Below are positions 38,215 through 52,929 of a stretch of DNA of 64,000 nucleotides, piece by piece (position 1 is the first letter of the stretch; every line of letters starts with the position of its first letter). The translations under genes and the position numbers were made by a program. This DNA comes from Macrostomum lignano. Taxonomy: Eukaryota. The stretch is taken from assembly GCA_002269645.1 (NCBI GenBank), contig NIVC01002362.1, positions 1 to 64,000 on the forward strand, in the 5' to 3' direction. The notes under the pieces are model-generated. The model ran no database searches. It had not been told where the DNA came from and worked only from the letters and a program-made list of their open reading frames with translations.

Positions 38215-38297
<83 letters not shown>
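38215..38297. repeat. (GA)n microsatellite; a (CT)n tract also occurs at 38735-38772
   Basis: Read directly. Confidence 0.95.
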
Positions 38298-38300
<3 letters not shown>

Positions 38301-38732
38301 TGAAAAGTAAATATTGGATAATAGGTTTGGTATAGACTAATAAACAGCGATGTGTATTCTGTAATAATATAGAATATGACATGCTCAACAATGACAACAA
38401 TGACTAACCTGATTCCAGTCGGCTGCGCGTAATTCTTTCAACCCAGCTATAATCCATTTGGTTGTTTGTTCTATGTTCTGTCTGCTGTACACTGTGTGCG
38501 TAGCAGCATTTTATTGTTGAATCAAACGTAAAAGCGCACATTGTACTAAATTCGTAGAATGTTAAGCTATGTCTGAAGAAAAGTCAAAGGTTAAATCAAG
38601 TTTTCGATTATCCCCGATCGATCGTTTGGTACAATCAACCACAACTGTACGACAAACCACTAACACACGCACCCTTCCTTGTTAATTGTATTGTAAGTTT
38701 GACCCTATCCCTCTGTCTTAACTCATACCCCG

Positions 38733-38776
<44 letters not shown>

Positions 38777-39424
38777 GTTCGGTTTAGGCGGGTTAGTTGT
38801 TTTGGCTTTCTTTTCTCTGTGGTCCAAACTAGACAGACTGTTGCAAATATCACACCCGTTCAGCCAGTTTATCGATCTTATCAGAGCCTGAAATGCGCAG
38901 TCAATGTAATGTTTTTCACTGACTGTTTGGTTGAGTGTACATAAGCTTATGGGGTGCAAAGTGTGTGGCAGGCAATGAATAGCTTTGTGTTTAGCCATTA
39001 GGAGCTTCTGTGTAATATAATATAAAATAGACTGTCTGTCCCGTTCTTTTCACAGAAAATAAAAAAATCGATAAAACGGTTAACCATAGACTATGCAAAT
39101 CAGTATCAGACTTACTCTAAAACCTGTTTTGTTTTTACAGTTTGTATTGAAGACCGAAGGCTGTTTTTTTATTTGTCTTCTCTTTGATTTCAACACCGTA
39201 CAGTTCTTCGCATATACCCTCTTACGGCGCTGTTATAAAAGAGACCCCTTCTGTCTGGCGAGAGCTAACTAGTCCAATCAAGACGAAGAAACGCGTATTG
39301 AATCAAATTCGACTATGCTGTTTTGACAAACACGTTGTTAGTTCGAACTTCGGGCACCTCGCATCAATTCTACGTAATTCGACTTCTGTAGGAGGCTTCG
39401 ACCAGACTACCATTGCTGTTGCTA

Positions 39425-39476
39425 ATACTACTGCTGCTACCACCACTACTACTACTACTACTACTGCTGCTACTAG

Positions 39477-39508
<32 letters not shown>

Positions 39509-39535
39509 TTACTACTGCTACTGCTGCTGCTACTA
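39425..39535. repeat. (ACT)n / (GCT)n trinucleotide tract
   Basis: Read directly. Confidence 0.9.
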
Positions 39536-39675
39536 TTGATGCTATGCGCGGTGATTTCGTATGCTTTTGTACAATCTGTACAATCAACCGGCTGTGGCGT
39601 CTGCATCGTTTGTTGCTACTGTCACTTTGGCCTGTACTACGTCTAGACATTCGACTGACTGACTGACTGTATTGA

Positions 39676-41271
39676 CTATAATCTATTGATATATGGCTCA
39701 ACTGCGCCAATAGTTCGGCGTATATGTCCAATTTCTATGCGTCGCATCGGTCGCTCGGCGCGAATCAGGCTAACAATATGAGCAGTCCCGTGTGTGACAA
39801 CCCATTGACAGACTAGTGCTCGACTAATCGTATATTTCTGCGTATTGATAGACCCGACTGCGTCGGCAATAGCAAACTTGCCAGAAATATCGTTGACTTG
39901 CTTGTTGAGCAATAATTTTGCTGGCGCATATTCTATATATTCAAATGTGTGTAGACCTTCAAATCGGCTCTCCTCCGGCTGGTTGTCCGCTGTCGTTTTG
40001 ATCTGCTGCGCACTGCGTCGTTTCCATGTATCATACAGACCCGTCCATTGTATATTCGTCCGTATATCTTCAAATCTTCAAACAATTCGCGACCGCCAGT
40101 CCATATATGCCAGCCGGTGATCGTAGTGACAGGGCGCTGGCACGCGAATCGCGCCTACCGAACTGCGCCGTGTTCTGCGCGACTGCTCCGAATGTCAGGT
40201 GACCCGACGGTGCTGCGGTTTGGCTCCGGTCCAGCGCGTCGTCGTGTGTACTGTTGACGACGACACATCGCGACTGACCGGCTGTCCAACCCGCGGACGG
40301 TTTCGACACCTGACAATTTGCGACCGCCAGTCCGTGTATGCCAGTCTGTGGTCGTAGTGGCAGGGCGCTGGAACACGTATAGTGCCTGCTGTACTGCGCC
40401 GTGTTGTGTGCGACCGCTCCAAGTGTCAGGTGACCCGACGGTGCTGCGGTTTGGCTCCGGTCCAGCGCGTCGTCGTGTGTACTGTTGACGACGACACATC
40501 GCGACCGACCGGCTGTCCAACCCGCGGACGGTTTCGACACCTGACAATTTGCGACCGCCAGTCCGTGTATGCCAGTCTGTGGTCGTAGTGGCAGGGCGCT
40601 GGAACACGTATAGTGCCTGCTGTACTGCGCCGTGTTGTGTGCGACCGCTCCAATTGTCAGGTGACCCGACGGTGCTGCGGTTTGGCTCCGGTCCAGCGCG
40701 TCGTCGTGTGTACTGTTGACGACGACACATCGCGACCGACCGGCTGTCCAACCCGCGGACGGTTTCGACACCTGACAGTTGCGACCGCCAATCCGTATAT
40801 GCCAGTCCGTGGTCATAATGACATGGCGCTGGCACACGTATCGTGCCTGCTGATCTAGGTAGACCAGTCTGTGATCGTACCGACACGTCGCTGTTGTCGG
40901 CCGTCTACTCATTCAAACGCATAGGCCTTCAAATCGGCCCGTATACAATTGACTGTCCAAATTCCTGCATATCGCATTGATCGCTCGGTACGAAATCTGC
41001 CTAACAATATGAGCAATCCTGTGAGTGACAACCCCATTGACAGACTGCATCTCGTATATGGTTCTGCTATAAAAAAATATTCATCCGCTCTGGTATGCCT
41101 AGTAACCCCAAATATTCGTCGTATATTTCTATATATCGATAAACCCGGCTGTGTTGGCAATAGCAAACTTAATATTGATATTTGTGGATGAGTTTTTTGG
41201 TAGAATCGTTTTTTTATAGTTATTGTTTTATTCAAGTTTGATATAACAAACCCGTAAGCTTGTCGTTCCAT
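39676..41271 (-). pseudogene. Degenerate repeat-built coding region: two diverged copies of one block (39676-39960 and 40915-41170) flanking about 3.5 copies of a 231-bp (77-codon) tandem unit (about 40085-40850)
   Basis: ATG at 41271 with GTATATAA about 40 bp upstream. KFAIA...QWVVTH and RFEGL motifs occur in both block copies. Frameshifts and stops are present. Confidence 0.4.
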
Positions 41272-42014
41272 CCGGATTTGTTTCTTTTGTCTGCCTATTG
41301 TGGGACAATATTATATACTCTAACCAATATATTAATCAGTGTAATTAATAATGTTATCCTCTTGTTGTATATTCGAAGCGAGGTGCATGCTTTCTTTATA
41401 TTATAACAATATTTTGAATAAGTTTTCATAGTTTCACTTTGGTCTCACGCGCTCTGTCTTGTATTCTCGTATCGGCCAGCCAGCCAGTCTGCCAGCCAAC
41501 CAGATCTCGCAAATAAACATGCAAAGCTACAAACAAACAAACAAACAAACAAACAAACAAACGATGTTAGACTCGTTTTTCCACGAATGTTAATGAATTA
41601 ATCAAATATATATATATATATATGGATTGGAATTGTTTATTAGAATTTATTGAATTCATAAACTTCGTACGAGTATTTAATAATCAACGGGATATAGTGT
41701 ATAGATAGTGTATAGTGGTTAGTGAGGGAGATGGAGATAGAGAGAGTGGATATATGTGCAGAAAAGAAGCTCGATTGATTGGAGATGTGATAGTACGAGG
41801 CACTCGTTATAGACGCGGACAGGAATATATAATATATAGACTCGCATATCCAGACTCACTACTCAGATAGTTGTATTGATCGGTAGCTACCATTAAGATA
41901 ATGGATGACTAGAACTGTAGATGGACAACGAAATGCATGCATGCACACATGTATACACGCACACAGTCAACGATGAGGGGAAAGACACGATATGCATACT
42001 ATGTATGTAGAAAC

Positions 42015-42430
42015 GGGACAGTGAATGAGCGAACGAGTGAGTGAATGAGTGAGTGAGTGAATGGACGAGTGAGTCAGTGAGTGAGAGAGAAGTGAGCGAG
42101 TGAGTGAGTGAGTGATTGAGCGAGTATGTGAGTGAATGGATGAGTGAGTGAGTGAGCGAGTGATTGAATGAGTGAGTGGGTGAGTGGTGAGTAGGTGTGT
42201 GAGTGGTGAGTAAGTGAGTGAGTGAGTGAGTGAGTGAGTGAGTGATGAGTGAGTGATTGAGTGAGTGAGTGAATGAGTGAGTAAATGACGAGTGGTTGAG
42301 TGAATGAGTGAGTGTGTGAGTAATTGAGTGAGTGAGTGTGTGAGTGAGTGATTGAGTGGGTGAGTGAGTGAGTGATTGCGTGAGTGAGTGGGTGAGTGAG
42401 TGATTGAGTGAGTGGGTGAATGATTGATAG
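42015..42430. repeat. Imperfect (GAGT)n microsatellite
   Basis: Read directly. It explains the HSLT-repeat ORF 41893-42471. Confidence 0.93.
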
Positions 42431-42746
42431 ATACGGGCAGAAATATTTAGATCGAGCGACATTCGATGCAAAATAGAACAGCTCTTCGGATAGAAATTAT
42501 AAACTATAAAAAGTACTGATCGGTTAAAAAGTAGTCGATAGAGATTTGTACATTTCTATCGCAGACAATTCTGCGTAGAAAGAAACGAGATTTGCCATAA
42601 ACAATTGTATTATGGAACCGGTTGCGACTAGACAAGGCAGATGATTTATAGCAATAGTCTGTTTCAATCAAGATAAATAATCGCATTAGACAACTATCTG
42701 TTAAAAATCGACATCATCAAGCAATCAATCAGTCAATCAACCAACC

Positions 42747-42775
42747 ATGTCCGAGTCCAACAAAGAGCAACAACA

Positions 42776-42808
<33 letters not shown>

Positions 42809-43628
42809 TCGGCAGCAGCAACAGCAGCAACATCTGCAAGAGTCGCGCACTGCTGACCATCATCTAGTCTGGGCAGACGACATCACAGACGCTGATTTGG
42901 TGGCTGCGTGTGTATCTGTTGAAGAACAACAGCATACAACGCAGCAAACACAGATGATGGCGTCTGTATCGTATGCCGGGACCAGACGCGCCGTGTCAGC
43001 GATGCATTCGGCAGGCATCGACTGGGCTGAACAGCTCGACGAAGCAATGCGCTGGTTAGACGGCGATTTGTATGCAGCAAACGCGATTGTGACCGACGTT
43101 GCTGCGACATCGATGCCGTCTAACTCGCGTAAGCGGCGTCATTCGTGCATCGGCCAAGCTATGGACGTCGATGCTGATGCCGATGTCGACACCCTGTTCG
43201 ACTCAGATACGCTGGCAGAGTGCGACGCACTAGAAACAGCTTATTATGCTTCTATGTGCAATGCCGCCAGTGACAACGTCGAACAGTCGCCGACTGATGC
43301 GACTACAGATCACGCAAATGCGGCCGCCGCTGATGATATGTACATATCAGACGCGGAACTTGTTGCCGTATGCGAAGAGGTCGAGGCGACTGTCCATCTG
43401 AGCGCCATCGATCAATGTGCACCACCGGACGAAGCGTTGGCTAGCCCAATTAGTCAAGTCGACCCGTCCGCGTCGCTGTACGACTCCGATGGCAATATGC
43501 TAGAGGAGTCCAGCTTTGCCGTTGATCGGCGGTCAGTCGCCTGCCAGGTAAACATGTGTCGACCTCGATGCAATCGCACCTGGACTCGACTGTACCGTAG
43601 ATGGCGTTCTCGTCGATCCACCAACTAG
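42747..43628 (+). CDS. Orphan acidic protein (293 aa, or first exon if the CAG|GTAAAC donor at 43548 is used) with N-terminal poly-Q and repeated D..D[AS][DE]L..[AV]C..[VL]E motifs
   Basis: Long ORF that is mostly non-repetitive, with ATG in an A/C-rich context. A 41-bp segment is homologous to 23687-23727. Confidence 0.55.
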
Positions 43629-43920
43629 ATAATTGGATAGTTGGTTGGATTGATGGTCTCTCGATCCAGTACAGTCACACGCGCCTACTGTAGTCTGCTG
43701 CTGATCCTGACCGGGCCGTGAATCTGGTTGAATGATTGATTGATTGATTGATTGCTTGACTGTTTAATTATTAACTAACTATTTCATAATGTATGAACTT
43801 AAATATTAGATAAGTTTAACTTATTGAAGTTATATAAGTCAATATTAAGTCAATAAGTTATATAAGTTTAACGACTATTATTGAGTTTAGTCCATGGAGG
43901 AAAGAATAGTATACTTTGAT

Positions 43921-44125
43921 TGATGCGAGCTTCTACTATGCTGAGGCATACCTTTTAGAGTGGAACGAAATGGGAAACGAGATGAAAAATACTTTGTCGA
44001 TGGCAGTCACGAGCCAAACAGAAAAAACGTGAGGGGACTGGATATTACGTAAAAGTGAAGATCGAGCGAGATAAAAATAACTGGCTTAGATTAGCAATCC
44101 ACTCTATTATTTCCTCCATGGTTCA
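43921..44125 (+). repeat. About 200-bp dispersed direct repeat, copy B
   Basis: Homologous to 19686-19885. Confidence 0.85.
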
Positions 44126-44356
44126 GTCTATCAGTGTTAGTGATTTCATAACATTAGATATTGATTGTTGACGTTGTTTATGCATTACATATGTAAATAT
44201 GAATATCGTTTTCTGTTTTACATTAGATGGTTGGAATGATTCGTCCCTATGAGGAAAATGAAGATTAAAAGAATGAATGAGAATGAGATTGGCAATTATA
44301 ATGCGACTGAGACTGCTTGAGAGTGCAACATATTGAAAGTGATTATGGGAGACTAT

Positions 44357-45066
44357 ACCAGTCTGGTCACATCACCATTCAACTGGGTCACATCACCAGT
44401 CAGTCGGTCACATCACCAGTCATCTCGGTCACATCACCAGTCAGTCGGGTCACATCACCAGTCAACTCGGTCACATCACCAGTCAGTCGGGTCACATCAC
44501 CAGTCAACTCGGTCACATCACCAGTCAGTCGGGTCACATCACCGGTTAACTCGGTCACATCACAAGTCAACTTGGTCACATCACAAGTCAACTCGGTCAC
44601 ATCACCAGTCAGTCGGGTCACATCACCAGTCAACTCGGTCACATCACCAGTCAACTCGGTCACATCACCAGTCAACTCGGTCACATCACCAGTCAACTCG
44701 GTCACATCACCAGTTAACTTGGTCACATCACCAGTCAGTCGGGTCACATCACCAGTCAACTCGGTCACATCACCAGTCAGTCGGGTCACATCACCAGTCA
44801 ACTCGGTCACATCACCAGTCAGTCGGGTCACATCACCAGTCAACATGGTCACATCACCAGTCAGTCAGGTCACATCACCAATCAACTCGGTCACATCACC
44901 AGTCAGTCGGGTCACATCACCAGTCAGTCGGGTCACATCACCAGTCAACTCGGTCACATCACCAGTCAGTCGGGTCACATCACCAATCAACTCGGTCACA
45001 TCACTAGTCAATGCAGTCACATCACCAGTCACCACAGTCACATCACCAGTCACCAATCATCACCAG
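44357..45066 (+). repeat. Second array of the same 21-bp minisatellite, about 33 copies, same orientation
   Basis: Read directly. Confidence 0.96.
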
Positions 45067-47077
45067 TGGTATGGATTCTTTACAACTGTTATTATAAACA
45101 GGCATATATTTATATACTCACTTGTTCAATTGGTCAAGTTGTTGCCAATTATCCATGATTATTAGATGTTGGATTAGTTGTAACTCTTATAATAAATAGT
45201 CGATCTGTTGGCTGTGGCTGGAATTCAAATTTAACTAAAGGTTAATTAATAATACAATCACTTCTTTTGTGTCTGTCTGTCTGTCTGACACATTTAATTC
45301 ATTGAGGGTCAGAGAGATAGATAGTGAGAAGGTTGGCCAATACAACGTTGTGGTAGCCTAGCCCGTCTATATAGTATGGAATTGGATGGGAGAGCAACGT
45401 GTTTGTACACGGACGGACGGACGGACAGACAGACAGACAGACAGACAGCGAATAACCGACCGCACATCGTTGTCTTGTGCGTACAACGGACCGTTGTGCG
45501 TTCATCGTTTGATATCAAATTGGTTTGCTAGCTAATTAGACAGGCTAAAAGATCGCGTGCGTGGAAGTTTAGTGGTTTCGATCGATCAATGAAAGTACAG
45601 TGTTGGGTGGTGGGGCCAAGCGAAGCGAGCGAGAGGATTTGGGGGGGGGGGGGGGAGGTTGGGGCTTTTGGGGGCAGAGTGGCGAGCGATGGAAGAGGGG
45701 GTAAGCGACCGCGGAGTCGAGGTTTGGTGTGTGTTTTGAAAGTACAGGGAATTCATTGTGACTGGAAAAAAAGACGAAGTAATTTAATTAGACGTTGGAT
45801 TTGAAAGTTGAAATAGACATAGAATGAAGAATAAAATGTGAAAGCGCCAATTTTAAATATTTCAATAAACAGATGAATGAATCCAATACGCGTCAATGTA
45901 CCAACCAAGTATAAATCACTTGGCGCACTATACTCATTCCAGTTCATTCACAAGTTCAATCACAGTTTATCATAATCCAAGATTCCAGAAACAATCAAAC
46001 GAATCGGACAGACTGGGCGAATGCGCAAAATGATCAAAACTCACAAGCAAGAGAATATAACTAGTTATAACTAACTTTGCTTAACCATAGATTGAATGAA
46101 TGAATGAATGAATGCAGAATTGGCTTCGATTGATGCTCGCGAGCGCGCATTTTATCAGTTAGCAGGCTACCCCCCACGCTTTCTATTTCGATACTAAACG
46201 AGCTAAATATAAACGGGGGATGACCCTAGACAGTATACAATTGACCTTGTCATCGGCCAATACAGAGCAGCGAAAACCAACCCCCATAATAGAAGCCAAT
46301 AGAGGCGTAAAATTGATGCTAAAATTGGCGAATATGGTATATCCTAGGGTCTTTGCTTTTTAGGAACAAAAATAAAGTTCAACTTGGTTAAAACAAAACG
46401 ATAAACATTGAAAATTTAGCTGGGATGAATTGAAGCAAGCAGGTCGTTCTCTGATCGAGAAAAACTCAGCCCTAAGACGCCGCTTTCTCGAGGAAAAATA
46501 TTCCTCTCTCCCCTATCCTTGCAGTAAATAATTAAAAAGACAAGCTGCTGCGCGAACACTAAAGCACGATCCCAAAACTTCTTGGCAACACTGATGATGC
46601 TGCGTCGTTTGAAGGTTTTGGTTTTTAAAGCAAGCTAGCCAATGTAAATACCAAAATATATATTTTAAGCTACATGTACATAAAATGTAGGTTCACTATC
46701 GAGTGCGCTGTCTAAAACAATAACTTTCACGGACTTTTGACATATTTATCTTGGAAACGCATTGATGCACCTAAAAAAGAACCCCAAAAAGATGTTCTAT
46801 GCAAGAAGGTGGTTGCTGAGTGTACATGTTGTTAGAAAATATCAAATCCGCAGAACCAGTATCTTACAGAAGCACAAGCAAGAGGTGTTATAGTGGTAAA
46901 AGAAATTGCTGAAGTGGTATTTAACGGAAAAATTATTTGCATTTCACTCAAAAACGGCATCAACAGAACGTTGCTAAACGCTTCGTATGTGAGTACAACA
47001 TTCGAATATAATTGGAATGCTCACTAGATCTACGATTGTCATAGCAACAAAGCACAGAGTGATCAAAACCTGACTCT

Positions 47078-48103
47078 TCACGTCGGTACCGTTGACCAAT
47101 CGCGAGTTTCAGACGGCGCCACGGCGGCAGACCGTTTGCAGGCGCGGCAAGCGAAGGCAGCGCGAATCAGGCGCAGGTAGCTGCGTCGAAAGTTTGAGTT
47201 CAGCACGCCGTAGATGATCGGATTCAGAGTTGAATTGAAGACGGCGAGCCACGTGATCACCTTGTGCGGAATTCTTCCTATAGGAGCTAAGAACTTGTCG
47301 ATGTACACGTGGATGCTGTAGGGACCCCAGCACAAGTTAAAGATGATAAAAGCAGTCAGCACAGGAGCAAGCGCCTTCCATTCCTTGCTGACAGATGTGC
47401 CATCTGCCGTGTCTCCAGACAATGAGCCCTCAGCCGCTTTGCGAATCTGAAACAGCTTGTAGAACAGGCTGATGTAGCAACTGGCGGCCACCAATGATGG
47501 CACTGCTACGCCAACTAAAGTGAGCAGAAAGCTCAATGCAAAAGGAGCTTCGTCATCGTAATAAAAGCAGATGAATACTTCAGGAATGAAGCCAAAGCCA
47601 CCCTGCCACCAGAAAAAGCCGCTGATGAGAAACCAAAACACCCAGCAGGCTACGCAGTATGCAATCACCCTGCAGTCCGTGAAGTGCCTCTGGTACACGA
47701 CTCGGTGCATGACGCACAGGTTCCGAGCTACTGCGATCAGCGTGAAGCTGAAGTTGGACACTCCAGCGGCCGAGAACAGCGCGTACGCGTTCACGCGACA
47801 AATGACGTCGTGAAAGACATTGTTCTCAGCGATGCGGTTCGCCAGGATAGTCGGGATCGAGTATGAGCACACGAGCAGGTCGGCCATGCCGATGTTCACA
47901 ACCAGGATGTTCGTGGCCGACTTGAGCTGCTTGAATCGCGTCACGGAGAGGATCGTGAGCAGGTTTCCACAAACTCCAACGCACATTCCCGCGATAAGAA
48001 AGGCGATGTCAGTGACTTTGAGCTCCGGTGGATCGGCGTCCACTAGTTCAGTGCTATTGTCGTTTGAAGAATAAAAAAATGTACAGTTCTTGCCGTCATC
48101 CAT
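47078..48103 (-). CDS. Intronless class A GPCR, paralog 1 (341 aa), resembling orphan melatonin/Tre1-Moody-type receptors
   Basis: 7 TM segments. GN in TM1, MAD in TM2, IAVARN at the DRY position, CWGP in TM6, NSTLNPIIYG in TM7. The subfamily is a by-eye judgement. Confidence 0.92.
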   Translation of the reverse strand: MDDGKNCTFFYSSNDNSTELVDADPPELKVTDIAFLIAGMCVGVCGNLLTILSVTRFKQLKSATNILVVNIGMADLLVCSYSIPTILANRIAENNVFHDVICRVNAYALFSAAGVSNFSFTLIAVARNLCVMHRVVYQRHFTDCRVIAYCVACWVFWFLISGFFWWQGGFGFIPEVFICFYYDDEAPFALSFLLTLVGVAVPSLVAASCYISLFYKLFQIRKAAEGSLSGDTADGTSVSKEWKALAPVLTAFIIFNLCWGPYSIHVYIDKFLAPIGRIPHKVITWLAVFNSTLNPIIYGVLNSNFRRSYLRLIRAAFACRACKRSAAVAPSETRDWSTVPT

Positions 48104-49215
48104 CTACCAATTCTCTGAAGTCCTTGAGTTCCAACCGATTTTATAACAATTGTGCCTGAAAACGTTATTGTTTTTTTATTTTTTTATTCAGTTTAACAAG
48201 GAAATGGCTGACAGAAATACCTCTCCGGTATGCATGAGTGATTCTGTTTTATTGGAGACTTAGCATAAAGTACAATGTAAGTGGGTTTCTAAAACATATT
48301 TTGTGTCAAGAGCTTTCAGAGTGTCGATAATAATGAACAAGCTTTATTAGCTGCATGCTACACTATTGGTAAATCTGTAGTCGAAAGCCTTCAAGTCAAT
48401 ATTTGACACAGGTATAGAAACTATGTTTAATGGGAATATCTTACCTTCTCAGTGTTTATATTGCAGGTCTTGTTTGATAGTTTCAAAATTTTGTGTGCTA
48501 AATCGATTTTATTCCTGAAGCAAGCACTGAAGTCGTAAAACTCGAAATATTGACGAAAACAGACCGCTTGAGGCTGAAAGCGAGGAACGAACACTCGGTT
48601 TGTCTCCGCTATGGAAAAGCTTTTTATTCTCCTCAGAGCAGCCAATCATTGAGCAGCTTTGTGAGGGAGCGAATGCTGTCTAGATACTCGTATATACGCA
48701 TCGGGAGACTTTCGGATTTATAAGTCGATTTAGATATTTCTGGCAGGTTATTTTCTGCAGGGGCAAATGATGTGCAGTAGAGTCGCGACGTCTGAAAACT
48801 TTAAAACTGACGTCAAACAAATCCGCTACTACCTGAACACCCTGCAGACGCTTCCTCGTAGCAGGCAGCTTTGCTAGCTTAAAATGGCTGCGTTACAGCC
48901 AATTAATGTTTTGAAAAAAGATCACAGAACCCCAATTATGGCTATATCAAGAGACAGCTAAAGACAAAAACAGGTGCAGGCTCGTAACCTGTTCGGGTAG
49001 GTTGGCAGGGCATAGAAAGACTGCAACAAAGAAAATAATTCATTATATTTTAGCTCATAGTTAATGTTCAAAATTAGATACAAAAACCACTCAATTGCGT
49101 CCTATTCTACTTTCAACTTGCTTCACGCGCGCAAAAATGCTTTTTGCCACGTTAATAGCTATTTGTCTTCTTGTTCTTGCTTCCTTCCATGTGTGCAAAT
49201 AGCAACTGGACTGGA

Positions 49216-51775
<2,560 letters not shown>

Positions 51776-52929
51776 TCTATTTGAAATGATTTCATCAAAA
51801 GAGATTTTTAAACAAGGAGCCTCCCTTTCCCCTCCTAAGACGACTTGAAATCCCAATGGATTACCAAAGGATTTTCCTTTCGGATGGGAGTAATTTCAGT
51901 CCACAGCGAGATGAAACATCAATGCACTTAAAATGTCCGAAATTTCGTTGCGAATATTTTTTGAATTTTTGCGCTACATGCCGCTAGATCTTTCGTTGGT
52001 AGTGGGTTTTTCGATTTTTAATTTGATTAAACTTCTCAACTCAGTGCGTGAGTTGCTGTGTTGCTGTAATTTTGACGAGTTCCGTGTTGATCACGCTTTT
52101 CGATAATTACTTAACGGACTGAGATAGCAGCTGCAGCTTCAATAATCAGTCTCTTTTAATCTTTTAGAAATCATTTTAACAAAGATTACAATGCTTGTAA
52201 AATTCGATTGCTGCATGCTCAAGAGCAGGTCAGACAGCGTCTTTTTTTATAATCGATCGAGAGCGATTTTCCCTTTTTAAAGAAAAAATTAACAGAAATC
52301 ACGATTTAACGCTTGCCACGTCATTCTTTGCATTGAATGCCTGTAGCCATTATTTATTCAGTGTCTTAGTGTGCGTATATCGCACTACGAGCATATTGAG
52401 ACTTCTCAGTGACCGTCTGGGTCCCCGCGTCTTTCCAGCTAGAGAGGAGGGCAAATTAAAACAAAACACAAACGAAAAAACACGACACCCCGCCCAACGG
52501 CCAGGCGCGATTAGCTAAACAGCCGAGGCCACTAGCCCTCCAACCCACCACCCCGGGGGGGGGGCACCGAGCCCGCCGCCAGACCGAGCCAATCAGAACG
52601 CAGTAAACAAAAAATAGTACACAAAAGGCGTGACTGGCGCCAGGCAATTTACGGCACGGAAATAATGATAACAAAGGTAGGAGGGGTGAATTACTACCAG
52701 CTAAAGCTTAAGCCACACGACAAGTCACAGTCCGGTGCATACAGCTTCAGTCACACAACGACTGGAGGACAGGGTGCCCTTGCACTGAAACAAAAAAGCA
52801 AAACACGACATTTGTTAGTTAAGTCTGTGAACGATGTGAACCAGAAATAATGCTTAGTGACTTTTTTTAAAAAGCTCAATGCTCAATAATCAAAAGATAT
52901 CCGAGCAAAAGATATCTCAGCAAATTTAG

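Noticed and set aside
52362-52810. Possible solo LTR (TGTC...GACA ends, GC-rich, CCAAT)
   Set aside because: No matching target-site duplication and no second copy in the window.
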